DNA of 32,000 bases from Xylella taiwanensis (GTDB lineage: Bacteria; Pseudomonadota; Gammaproteobacteria; Xanthomonadales; Xanthomonadaceae): contig NZ_CP053627.1 in NCBI RefSeq assembly GCF_013177435.1, positions 2,280,001-2,312,000 of the forward strand, in the 5' to 3' direction. The position numbers were made by a program, and so were the translations under genes. This document shows, one piece after another, positions 1-9,606 of the stretch; position 1 is the first letter of the stretch; every line of letters starts with the position of its first letter. The notes under the pieces were generated by a model. That model did no database searches and was not told where the DNA came from. It saw only the letters and a program-made list of their open reading frames with translations.

Positions 1-254
1 ACGCATTGTATCGGTGCCCCCTCAAGGGCCACCAACCCCACCATCCGTAGGCGGGCACAGGAATGTGCGCAAGACGGAAATAACGTTTTTCAAATATGGC
101 ATCGAACGCTCCGTATGAGCAGTGCATGCTTGAAAGCGCAACACAGCGATATCGATACTCCAGGTGCAGAGGCAAACCACACGAAAAACACCACATGGTC
201 CACAGGCATCATCTACTAACACTCCAGTCAAGATACTGGTATCAGAGATGGAAG

Positions 255-2426
255 CTACTGGCGATGTACGCTCTGTACCGCTGGCAAGCGGCGTAACCGG
301 CGCATCACCTCGGCCAAGTGACGGCGGTCACGTACCTGGATACTGAAGCGCAGCAGCGTTGCATTAAAGTCACGCTCCAGGTAGTCGACGCGTTCGATAT
401 TGGAATGGCTCTGTGCGATCGCCGCCGCTAATTGCGCAAGTACGCCAGTGCGATTCTCGGCTTCGACCAGCAACGAGGCATCGTAGTCGCCAGAAACGTT
501 CACATCCCAATCGATCGGCACCCAACGCTCAGGTGATTTACGTAACTCAGCCAGGTTCGGGCAATCCAGGCGATGTACGACGATCCCCTTGCCGGTCGTG
601 TGGTAGCCCATCACCTCATCACCAGGAATCGGCTGGCAACAGTTAGCAAAACTGATGACGCCGCGTTCGCTACCATTGATCAGGATCTTCTCGCGCAAGT
701 ACTCAGCAGGCATGCCACCACGCAACTCCGTGTAAGCCAACAGCGCTTGCGCGGTCTGATTGGGCATCCAGTTACCCAGCGCGATGTCGGCTAACAACGC
801 CTCCAAACGCTGGAAGTGATGCTCAGCCAGGAACGCATCGAGCCGGCCCTTGGGCAGCCGCTCCAACGAGCTATCCATGGCCTCCAACGCACGATCAAGC
901 ATGCGGTGACCAAGCTGCACCGCATCCTCGTGTTGAAGTTGTTTGAGTTGATGGCGGATTGCAGTACGCGCTTTGCTGCTCACCACAAATTCCAACCATT
1001 GTGGCTTGGGTGTGGCCGAACGTGCGGTGATGATCTCCACGGTCTGGCCACTGGAAAGTTTGGTACGCAGCGGCATCAGTTTTTTATCCACACGCGAGGT
1101 CACCGCATGATTGCCAATATCGGTATGCACCGCGTAGGCGAAATCCAGAACAGTGGAATTCCTCGGCAAAGCAAAGATCTTGCCATTGGGGGTGAACAAG
1201 TAAACCTCGTCGGGAAACAGATCAACCTTGAGGTTGTCCAGGAATTCCATTGAGGAAGCCGCGGTACGCTGCGATTCGATCAGTTCAGCAATCCAGGCGT
1301 GAACACGGCTCTGCGCGCTATTCGGCGAATCACTGCCGCACTTGTAGGTCCAGTGCGCGGCAATACCGCGCTCGGCGATCATATCCATCTCTTCGGTACG
1401 AATCTGCACTTCGATCGGTGAACCGTATGGGCCAAATAGAACGGTATGTAGCGACTGATAGCCATTTGCTTTGGGAATCGCGATGAAATCCCGGAAGCGT
1501 CCATCCAATGGTTTCAAAGTGCCATGCACGATACCCAATGCGTGGTAACAATCAGCAACGCTCTTGACGACCAACCGAAACCCAAACATATCCATCACTT
1601 GGTCGAAAGACTTGTTATCGTCGCGCATCTTGTTGTAGATGCCCCACGGAGTCTTAATCCGACTGTCCACACGGTGTTCTATCCCCTCCTGCATCAAGCG
1701 CTGAGACAACTGCAATTCAATGCGTTCCATCGCCTCACGGCGCACCACTGGCTGGTTGAGAATGTGCTTCTCGATGATCGCATGCCGCCACGGATGCAAT
1801 GCACGAAACCCAAGGTCCTGGAGCTCGGCTTTCATCAGCGCCATGCCAAGACGCTGGGCAATCGGCGCGTAAATCTCCAGCGTTTCACGTGCAATACGGC
1901 TACGCGCCTCAATACTCTGCGCGCCAAGCGTGCGCATGTTGTGCAAGCGATCGGCTAACTTGATCATGATCACACGCAAGTCACGCGACATCGCTAACAG
2001 CATTTTACGGAAGCTCTCAGCGGCCGCTTCCTGGCGATCCCGAAACTTCAGCTTGTCCAATTTAGTGACGCCGTCCACCAAATCCGCCACGGTCTCGCCG
2101 AACTCGGCAGCGAGTACTTCACGGGTCACTGAAGTATCCTCAATGGTGTCGTGCAGAATCGCCGCAATCAATGCCTCTGCATCCATGCCTAACTCCGCCA
2201 AGACACAAGCCACAGCAACAGGATGGGTGATATACGGCTCACCAGACTTACGCGTTTGCCCGGCATGGGCAGCCACACCAATGACCCAAGCACGGCGTAG
2301 CCCCATCAATTGCTCATGGGTTAAGTGAGCAGCCATGCACTCCAGGTGCAAAAAGTAATCAGGTAACCTCCCGTCAGTCAACGAGGGGGGGACGAGAACT
2401 GCCTGGGAAAAGGGAACCGAGGTCAT
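255..2426 (-). CDS. spoT: bifunctional (p)ppGpp synthetase/hydrolase, RelA/SpoT family
   Basis: 735-aa ORF (255..2462). It has an HD hydrolase motif (HPVAVACVLAELG...ILHDTIEDT), a RelA/SpoT synthetase core (RFRDFIAIPKANGYQSLHT) and TGS and ACT-like C-terminal regions. The start is uncertain: TTG 2462, ATG 2450, ATG 2426 or ATG 2336. I chose 2426 because the N-terminal LPDYFLHLE segment looks like real protein. Confidence 0.93.
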   Translation of the reverse strand: MTSVPFSQAVLVPPSLTDGRLPDYFLHLECMAAHLTHEQLMGLRRAWVIGVAAHAGQTRKSGEPYITHPVAVACVLAELGMDAEALIAAILHDTIEDTSVTREVLAAEFGETVADLVDGVTKLDKLKFRDRQEAAAESFRKMLLAMSRDLRVIMIKLADRLHNMRTLGAQSIEARSRIARETLEIYAPIAQRLGMALMKAELQDLGFRALHPWRHAIIEKHILNQPVVRREAMERIELQLSQRLMQEGIEHRVDSRIKTPWGIYNKMRDDNKSFDQVMDMFGFRLVVKSVADCYHALGIVHGTLKPLDGRFRDFIAIPKANGYQSLHTVLFGPYGSPIEVQIRTEEMDMIAERGIAAHWTYKCGSDSPNSAQSRVHAWIAELIESQRTAASSMEFLDNLKVDLFPDEVYLFTPNGKIFALPRNSTVLDFAYAVHTDIGNHAVTSRVDKKLMPLRTKLSSGQTVEIITARSATPKPQWLEFVVSSKARTAIRHQLKQLQHEDAVQLGHRMLDRALEAMDSSLERLPKGRLDAFLAEHHFQRLEALLADIALGNWMPNQTAQALLAYTELRGGMPAEYLREKILINGSERGVISFANCCQPIPGDEVMGYHTTGKGIVVHRLDCPNLAELRKSPERWVPIDWDVNVSGDYDASLLVEAENRTGVLAQLAAAIAQSHSNIERVDYLERDFNATLLRFSIQVRDRRHLAEVMRRLRRLPAVQSVHRQ

Positions 2427-2656
2427 ATTCGAAAGACTATGCCACCCCATGAGCAACAGCAAATACCATCAACGCAACAATCCGTAGCAGTAAGCCCTAT
2501 CGGAGTTCACCATGATGGAGATGCGCGCAGTTCTTCACAGTTCATGGCTTCCGGCACCAGAAGGGATCATCCGTTTGACTGAAAGACGGCATCAATTAAG
2601 AAGATAAAAGAAGCACATTTCAAGCGTTACTTTCGTTGCAATTTTCAATGACGATC

Positions 2657-2796
2657 TATTGCCTGGATCGGTCGGAACAGTGCCCGATAAGACACAGTAC
2701 CTTGTACGTGTCGCACTTGCAGTCACGTCGTCTCTTGCGCATCGGGTCAAAGGATATCAGAACTTTTTTATCTCTTTGTTGCAGCGGTTCGATCAT
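2657..2796 (-). pseudogene. possible rpoZ (RNA polymerase omega) relic, truncated
   Basis: A 46-codon minus-strand frame reads MIEPLQQRDKKVLISFDPMRKRRRD..YKVLCLIG. It weakly resembles the RpoZ N-terminus (..RFELVxxAxKRARQL...DKPTVxALREIA). It lies exactly where rpoZ sits in the conserved gmk-rpoZ-spoT arrangement. The similarity is weak and judged by eye only. Confidence 0.25.
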
Positions 2797-2972
2797 CTAT
2801 GTACGGATCACTAAGACGCACTCATCACCCTCAAGCGGCGACACCCTACAGTCAAACGGATGCGCCTTCCGTGGCGTAAACCTATCCGAGCATTGATGAA
2901 GCATCTGCATACCAAGCACAATGCATCGATCTACCAAGAACTAAGGATGCAAGCATCGCTGATACCTTACAA

Positions 2973-3278
2973 TCAGTGATGACACGTCGCGGACATGTCC
3001 GCACGTAATGTTTCTTCGGTTTGAACGGCAGGTGCAACGCGCGCTGCGGGCAGATGTAATACACCGGCATGTATTCTTCCAGCTACACGTCTGCACGTCG
3101 GAGCAGATTCCCCTGAATACTCGTCACGTAACCGATCTAGAAGATGCAGATGACCCAGCATCGAAGCCCTTTTCATGGACTCATCACCACATGGACACCG
3201 ATACAACTGGACACTGGCAACGATGATATTGAGACCATCCGTGCGATGCTGATGGCTATTGCAGTGGACAAAAAGCAA
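2973..3278 (-). pseudogene. possible guanylate kinase (gmk) relic
   Basis: The 101-aa minus ORF reads ..DGLNIIVAS..CGDESMKRASML..LRDEYSGE..IHAGVLH..VQT. This is collinear with Gmk (GTLYIVSAPSGAGKSSLVxALL ... TTRxPRPGE ... IxAGxFLExAxVxGNxYGT) with similar spacing, about 39 versus 38 residues from IIV to GE. The P-loop is destroyed. The position is syntenic (gmk-rpoZ-spoT). Confidence 0.4.
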
Positions 3279-3659
3279 GGTGCAATCTCGGTATCCCTCC
3301 TTAGCAGCAACCCGTGTTGCTATTGCCGAACAAGATCCTCAATCGCCTGGACATGATGACGCTATGAATGCTTGCTCGATGAGGTGATGTATCCGTTGCA
3401 ATTGACTAGAAGTGATTATGGCAGGCAGCCCGGAAACCATCGACCATGCGAATCAGAATATGATTCTGGATCAAAAAGACGTCACGCAAGGGCTGACCAC
3501 ACCATCGGATCATCAATACTCCATCGACATGGTGCATAACACGCAACAGCCATCGTATGGATCCGTAAAGAACATGCATGACGCCAGAAAAGATACCAAG
3601 TGAATGAAATACCTGGATCCTATAAAAATCGGTCTTTTTATATGAAAGCCATTTAATAT

Positions 3660-4740
3660 AGGCACATTGCATTTTCATGCATGCTCCAGATGCACAGGCA
3701 AGCAAAGCCAACACGAGATCGCTACTGAAACGCTTGTCGTTACAGGTCACGGTTAACAGAAAAGCTTGATACGGTTTCAAGAAGCACTGCACTTTTTGTG
3801 TATACAGTCACCTCTCGACTGTCACAACGTTTCAACTTGCTTGTTCGAACGCAACCCAATGACACCCTGTGCACTGTTGGAATGTCGCTGCTCCGCTGTA
3901 TACAAGACGTCTGGCGGCAATGAAGGGTTTGTCAGGCAGGTCGTCAACACAATCCTGTGTATGTGTGATGCCCTGAGCTACATCTGCAGTGTAGATCAAC
4001 CACATTTTTTTCATGAAGCATCCACGATCAGAGGCACCTTGGTATTTCAGCCACACGAGAAACACCCCACTGCTTGTCATCGGTTGTTTTTGCGGCGACG
4101 GCAACCTATTGGTATGCATCCATGATTGCTGACTCAGTCAGGAAGTGTCGAACTTGCCTCGTGCCTGCGATCCCAAGGCGAACGGCACAATAAGCTCAGT
4201 ATTAGCGGTCTTAGCACTGAAGGAAGCTTTGATCAAGCAATACTTGATGAAATAGTGGTTTTCAGGAAAGGCGCCTACCAGAACTCGATCATGACCCAGT
4301 ATCCCAACACCTGATCTCAAATGCGAAAATAGGGGATTTATCATCGCATCCTATGCAACAAGGCAGAGTGGTGAAGTCGAACACTCCAGACATGAGAAGG
4401 AAGATGGCGCTCATTAGCCTGCACTACAAGCATAGGGCCACACTTCGCGCATGATCGGTGACACGACTCAAGTCTACAACCAACAAGCGTTGTAAGACGC
4501 CGCCTCGCAACGGAGCCCAAGGCGCTACCATATTATTTATGCAAGTGCTTATGGCGTGTTCGCATACTCAGGCGATGGATGGCATGGTTTTGGTGCGACA
4601 CATATTGTGAGTTCAGATCATCACTCCTAAACATCAAAATCCTACGGACATGCCGTGGCACACAGACAACACATTCCATCCTTTCAATTCAATGGATTGC
4701 AAAAATGGCATCTCAGACTCCAATGAAAATGAATAAACCT
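3660..4740 (-). mobile_element. decayed IS5-family (IS427/IS1031-like) insertion sequence, copy A
   Basis: It shows nucleotide homology by eye to copy B over about 1 kb at a near-constant offset. Anchor pairs are 3669 vs 6502, 3768 vs 6602, 3994 vs 6818 and 4583 vs 7377. Minus-strand fragments are KMWLIYTADVAQ (cf. LTAGQxHD region), FIAARRLVYSG (cf. ADRGYDS) and VTCNDKRFSSDLVLALLA (cf. IATRYDKxAxNFLxxxxLA). An A7 run on the coding strand (T7 at 4005-4011) sits at the position expected for an IS5-type frameshift site. There are many stops and frameshifts. Confidence 0.6.
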
Positions 4741-4799
4741 TGCTGCTGGCATGAGATGGACGTTCTACTTCGCAACCACCATGTGTCGCCCTGCTCCTG

Positions 4800-6185
4800 A
4801 TGGCCACTCGATTGCCCGACACACTGATCACTACCCTGTCCACCCTCCTGGACTCGGAAGGTTGGCGCCTTGACACCATCAGCCGCCGCCAGTACAGCGA
4901 AGATGACTCGCAGTGCTTTGCATGTGCCGATGCAGTGGCACTACCACGTGACCTCAACGAGGTGGCGGCGATAGTGCGTGCCTGCCGCAAGCATCGCGTG
5001 CCACTAATCGCACGAGGCACCGGAACTGGCACCGTAGGTGGCGCGGTGCCGCTCAATGGGGGCATCGTCCTGTCGCTGGCACGCATGAACCGTATCGTCG
5101 CGCTGCTCCCAGATGATCGCTGCGCCGTAGTACAGCCTGGCGTGATTAACAACGACTTACAACAAGCGCTGGCACCACATGGGCTCTTCTGGCCACCGGA
5201 TCCGTCCAGTACAGCGATGTGCAGTATCGGCGGCAATCTCGCCACGAATGCCGGTGGCCCGCGTACGGTGAAATACGGTGCCACACGCGACAACGTGCTT
5301 GGGCTAGTCGCAGTGACTGGTGGCGGCGATGTGATCCGCTGCGGCGGCGCTTATACCAAGAACGCCACCGGTTACGGCCTGACCCATTTGTTGATCGGTA
5401 GTGAAGGCACACTGGCCATCATCGTCGAAGCCACGCTGAAGCTGGCACCACAATCACAAGCCATGGCTGGTCTGCGTGCATTCTATCGAGATACGGCGGC
5501 GGCGGCGGCGGCGGTGTCGCGGCTCATGTCACAGCCGGCAATACCAGCAACGCTTGAGTTCATGGACCGCAACGCGATCGAGTTGCTGTACCGCAATGGT
5601 AGCGGGGTGCCTATCGCCGGCGCGATGCTGCTGATCGAAGCCGACGGCACCCACGACACGCTTCCCTATGTAATGCAAGCACTGGCGCAGGCCGCCTCGG
5701 GTGAGGGATTAATCGACCTAGACGTGGCCACGGATGGAGCCGCACGCGACCAGCTGTGGGCGGCACGCAAGTCACTATCGCCAATGCTACGCACGATTAA
5801 ACCTGGCAAACTTAACGAAGACGTTGTTGTTCCCGTCTCACGCATTCCTGATTTGGTTGCCGGCGTAGAAATATTGGCTGCTGAGACTGGGCTGCCAATC
5901 GTCACCTTCGGCCACGCCGGCAACGGCAATTTGCACGTGAACATCATGTACGACGATCAGGATGCGGAGGACATCGCACGCGCACAAGCAGCGCTGCCAA
6001 GGCTATTCAAGTTAGTCCTGGCCCTGGGAGGCACCCTGTCAGGCGAGCATGGGATCGGTGTAGCTAAGCGTGACTTCATGACACAAGCATTCGACACACC
6101 AACGCTAGAAACAATGCGTGCGATCAAAGCCGCGTTCGATCCAGAAGGTATCCTCAATCCAGGTAAAGTTCTACCAACAGCCTAA
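4800..6185 (+). CDS. glcD: FAD-linked oxidase, GlcD / D-lactate dehydrogenase family
   Basis: Intact 461-aa ORF. It has an FAD-binding PCMH-type N-domain (VALPRDLNEVAAIVRACRKHRVPLIARGTGTG..GGAVP) and a C-terminal GEHGIGVAKRDFM motif typical of GlcD/Dld-like oxidases. Confidence 0.9.
   Translation: MATRLPDTLITTLSTLLDSEGWRLDTISRRQYSEDDSQCFACADAVALPRDLNEVAAIVRACRKHRVPLIARGTGTGTVGGAVPLNGGIVLSLARMNRIVALLPDDRCAVVQPGVINNDLQQALAPHGLFWPPDPSSTAMCSIGGNLATNAGGPRTVKYGATRDNVLGLVAVTGGGDVIRCGGAYTKNATGYGLTHLLIGSEGTLAIIVEATLKLAPQSQAMAGLRAFYRDTAAAAAAVSRLMSQPAIPATLEFMDRNAIELLYRNGSGVPIAGAMLLIEADGTHDTLPYVMQALAQAASGEGLIDLDVATDGAARDQLWAARKSLSPMLRTIKPGKLNEDVVVPVSRIPDLVAGVEILAAETGLPIVTFGHAGNGNLHVNIMYDDQDAEDIARAQAALPRLFKLVLALGGTLSGEHGIGVAKRDFMTQAFDTPTLETMRAIKAAFDPEGILNPGKVLPTA
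5496..5513. repeat. (GCG)6 trinucleotide repeat inside glcD, encoding Ala6
   Basis: Read directly: acg gcg gcg gcg gcg gcg gcg gtg, in frame with glcD (DTAAAAAAVS). Confidence 0.9.
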
Positions 6186-6494
6186 GCGGCATACCACTGA
6201 CTGACGTGACTGTCCCGCGACGTTTAAATACATGGAGACAAATGTGGTCACACTTGAGTGTGGCGAATTATGGCCGAATCAAACCCTGGACCTTTTACAA
6301 AGAGGGCAATCATGTTCCGACTGCACCTTACCAGCCAAGTTGAAATCGATATCACAGCCGTTCGATCAACCGATTGACCGCACTCTCAAAGCGCTTGGAT
6401 ATCCGATGCACTCAGAAAATATTGGACAGCAACGCTTCGATCTCTTCCACATCATGGAAATAACCTGACAGCAAAACTCGTTAGGGTTACCTAT

Positions 6495-7530
6495 CGTGTT
6501 TACATTTTCATGCATGTTCCAAACGGACAGGCAAGTGATGCGAATACCACATCATTGCTAGCATGCTTGTCGTCATACGTTGAAATTCAACACACATGCT
6601 CGATACGGTCGAGTACACGCCTGAACACATTGCACGTGCGATACACCACGAGACACGGTTCGAGTACCACCAATAGACATCCTCAGCAATGTTGAATCAA
6701 ATGACTCTTACTAAGATCTCGGTGCGATCCTCCCTTATCGGCAATGACAACGTTGGGATGCAGGTGATGGACGTGATCCTACGCACACCAGATGTTCTGG
6801 GCTGGTGCTGCGGTAAGGATCAACCATAATGGTTTTCCCGAAGCGTCCATTACCAGATAAAGCACTGAAACTGTTGATGGCTTTTTCTGAGGTCCGGCTG
6901 AACGCTGATCCGCACACAAGATGTTCGGAACGATCAGGAGATGTTCGCTGCCCATCCCTCCTACTCTCACCAACAAGACACGTGGCTAGACACTGTTTCA
7001 CCTCCATCGGGAAACACACATGGACACGATGTACCAAGGATTAAATTCCCTTGGTAAATGGCGTTACGGAGGTATGCACGCCCTATCCATCCGGCTGGTT
7101 TGGAGTCACTCAGGCGGTTGACTTCCATTGCACCTTGGTCTCTTTTCAGACCAAGAAATATCCGTTCAATCTGCTTCCTTACTTCACTTGGCCACTCAGC
7201 AACATACCGATCATTCCGAAATGTTCGCACAACAAGCAGCATGTCAACGCCTGCAAATGTCAACATAACTTAAGCAATGCAAGCACCATCGCAATACAAC
7301 GCGGCGTCGACAAACAAATGGTTACCTGATGCATTCACGCCAATACGACCACGGCGTCCTATCCACCACGGTTCAATCTGCTTCCATATATCTTCACGAA
7401 GAGCATCACGACGACACATGCAGAAGCATGTCGGCCAAAAAGCCAGCATCACCTCGGATACCTTGAATTTTATGGCACACCCTAAAACAAGAAATCTGAT
7501 ATCGCATGTATCAGGCTCTACCAATCAAAT
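6495..7530 (-). mobile_element. decayed IS5-family (IS427/IS1031-like) insertion sequence, copy B
   Basis: Minus-strand fragments occur in three frames, in family order. ALREDIWKQIEPWWIGRRGRIG matches LxDxxWxxIEPLLPxxxRGRPR of the IS5-type N-domain. ERIFLGLKRDQGAMEV follows. DASGKPLWLILTAAPAQ matches DxxGxPLxxxLTxGQxHD. YRTCNVFRRVLDRIEH.ISTYDDKHASNDVVFASLA matches YKxRNxIERxFxxLKxxRxIATRYDKxAxNFLxxxxLA. It is interrupted by stops and frameshifts. Confidence 0.7.
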
Positions 7531-7998
7531 AACATAGAACGGATCAACCGGATTTCAGATCAGCTAACTTGGATACACACCGTTGTGTTTTCCAAGAACA
7601 TGGGTACCGCATCGAATCCGACCGGGCAGGCAGAGAAATCAATAGCAAACGGGTACTGGATCAGCAACGATAACGATCGTCTTTTGTCCTCCAGGACAAT
7701 TGAAGCAATCGGAAACACTCCGTGGTCTTCGAGAAATTTTCTGAATTAATCATGACATCCGAAAAATATTTTTTCGGGCTGTCGCCACTTTGCACAATCA
7801 AGCTATCCTGATGATGTTGTCTATGGATAGTAGATATCCGTGAGCAAGCCTATGAGAAGCTGTTGCTTTGTATCGGATCTGTATACTCAAGGATTATCGG
7901 TTCTTCTTAGCTACCTAGTGACTGATATGAGGATGTCAGTAATAAGATGCGGACCAGTATCGTCGCAGTAGTGCAAAGCCGTGGTTACGCATGAGAAA

Positions 7999-8440
7999 TT
8001 ACGGTTCGCAACTCAAGCACATTGGTAAAAGCTCTATCGTCTGCACGTAGCAGTCAGTCGCTGTGGTAATAACCAATGTGCCGTTTGTCATCTGATCGAG
8101 TATCCGGGTCACACCAACATCTTGGTTGGCAAACGTATCGAGGACGTTGAGGAACATATCTTGTGCGGCCCAGCGTACCAGGACGATGGTGTCATCTGCA
8201 TCGCTTACCATCCACAGCCACTCGAAGCACTTTTACAGTGGCTAACGATTCCCCAAGCAAACTTGCTGAACAACACCGTTTCAGATCATGGACATCTGTA
8301 CTTAAGTTGTTCATTCTTGCTTGGGCGTTGCTGCGGGCTTAGGTCCTCGCAACCAAATGTGTTGCAATTGCTGCGAGAGGTATCCAGGCCAGCATGTTCC
8401 GGCTCACTCAGCCAACGCAGCAACCTACATGGCGGCCTAC
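7999..8440 (-). pseudogene. serine recombinase (resolvase/invertase) relic
   Basis: The minus ORF 7999..8211 reads DADDTIVLVRWAAQDMFLNVLDTFANQDVGVTRILDQM. This is collinear with resolvase GDxIxVxKLDRLGRxxxDMxxLIxxFxxQGVxVRFIDD. Upstream frames (..VLRVAVDGKRCR) resemble the preceding LxxLRxxxxxGD segment. There is an in-frame stop just upstream and no intact catalytic N-terminus. Confidence 0.5.
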
Positions 8441-9606
8441 ACTTCAATTGATCCCTAACACCTTCAGTTAGAAATCAGTTTAATAGGCCATACAGTTGCA
8501 TTAACCTCGATTAACCAGCAGGATGCGCGCATAACGACGTTGCTTGGCACTGCCAGCGCTAAACTCTGGCAGCGACAGCATGCAACTTTTAAAATACCCT
8601 TGCCAGAACTATCAGGATCAGATTGGAACTGCGGGTCTCTAATAGTGCCCAGGAGATGACCGATTGCCAAATCAACTACCAGCGCCTTCAGGACACTGCC
8701 GATAGGAGACTACCGACCAGATGGAGTGTATCTGCCATGTACACCTAAACTCTCAGTTTAAGATTTAAGGTATTCCGTCCCCATATCGTAAAAAACACTG
8801 GTGTAATCTAGAACAAACAATTGATTCACCGGCAGGGCCATAGTAGAAGTGGATCTTCTGAACACTAATAATAGTGATAAACAGCAGCAAGCAAATGGCG
8901 CTGACCGCACTCGTAAGTGCCATTGGTACCGAACAAGTGGGACCAAGCCGGCAAATCAGTCCCGCGCAGTCATTATTCACTGTCAACCCGACTCCGTGTT
9001 GACCATAAGTCGCAACATGCGTTGTCATCTGGCCTCTGCCTGCTTCAGCTTAGACAAAAGTAGGCCAATAAATTTTTAGAGAGTAAGAATGTTTCTAAAA
9101 GTCTAAAGCACTAAAGAATTGGTTTTTCTCCAAATGACCATAAATACTGAGATGCTGACCTTGCATGCAAGCATCTGAAAATTAAAGTACAGATTGAGAT
9201 TAGAAGCAGCAGTTGACTTGTCAATTAATGCAACAATGTTACAACGCGACAAGACTCTCAATAAATTTTACATATGGGCTTGAAAAACAAGAGAGAATCC
9301 CTAAATGGTTTCGCGATGGATGCCGCTGTGTAAGTCAGAGGGTGTCTAGCCAGTAACATAGCCCTCTCGATCGATATCCACTGCAGTCATATATATGAAC
9401 TATGAGGAGACGATTGAAAATAAAATTGAATTTAGGGAAGGATATGATGGATTTACATGTTATATTACTGTTAACATAGTCTTCACATGGCTGGGCTTAC
9501 TCTGCGCCGCCAATGGTGTGTGGGACTGCTGTCTGGATGTGACGAGCATCATGTACTAACACAACATGCCCTGCAGGTTTTATCTCCCTTGACTCAAGGA
9601 GCTGTT

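Noticed and set aside
3406-3792. A 128-aa minus-strand ORF.
   Set aside because: Its N-terminal part is the decayed transposase C-terminus of IS copy A read through into flanking DNA. There is no independent support for it as a gene.
3669-3810. An approximately 140-bp sequence is repeated at 6502-6650 (cattttcatgcatg...gatacggt...). I first considered it a novel dispersed repeat, MITE or sRNA gene.
   Set aside because: The homology continues for about 1 kb. The repeated piece translates on the minus strand to the conserved IS5-family transposase C-terminus (..ATRYDK-like: ISTYDDKHASN / VTCNDKRFSS). It is therefore the 3' end of two decayed IS copies.
4634-5293. A 219-aa minus-strand ORF.
   Set aside because: It is antisense to the well-supported glcD-like CDS, has an Arg/Ser/Ala-rich shadow-frame composition and has no recognisable domain.
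9487-9606. An upstream extension of mopB by 40 codons.
   Set aside because: The internal ATG 9607 has an AAGGA ribosome-binding site and starts a textbook signal peptide (MKKKILTAALLGG...ASA|QE).
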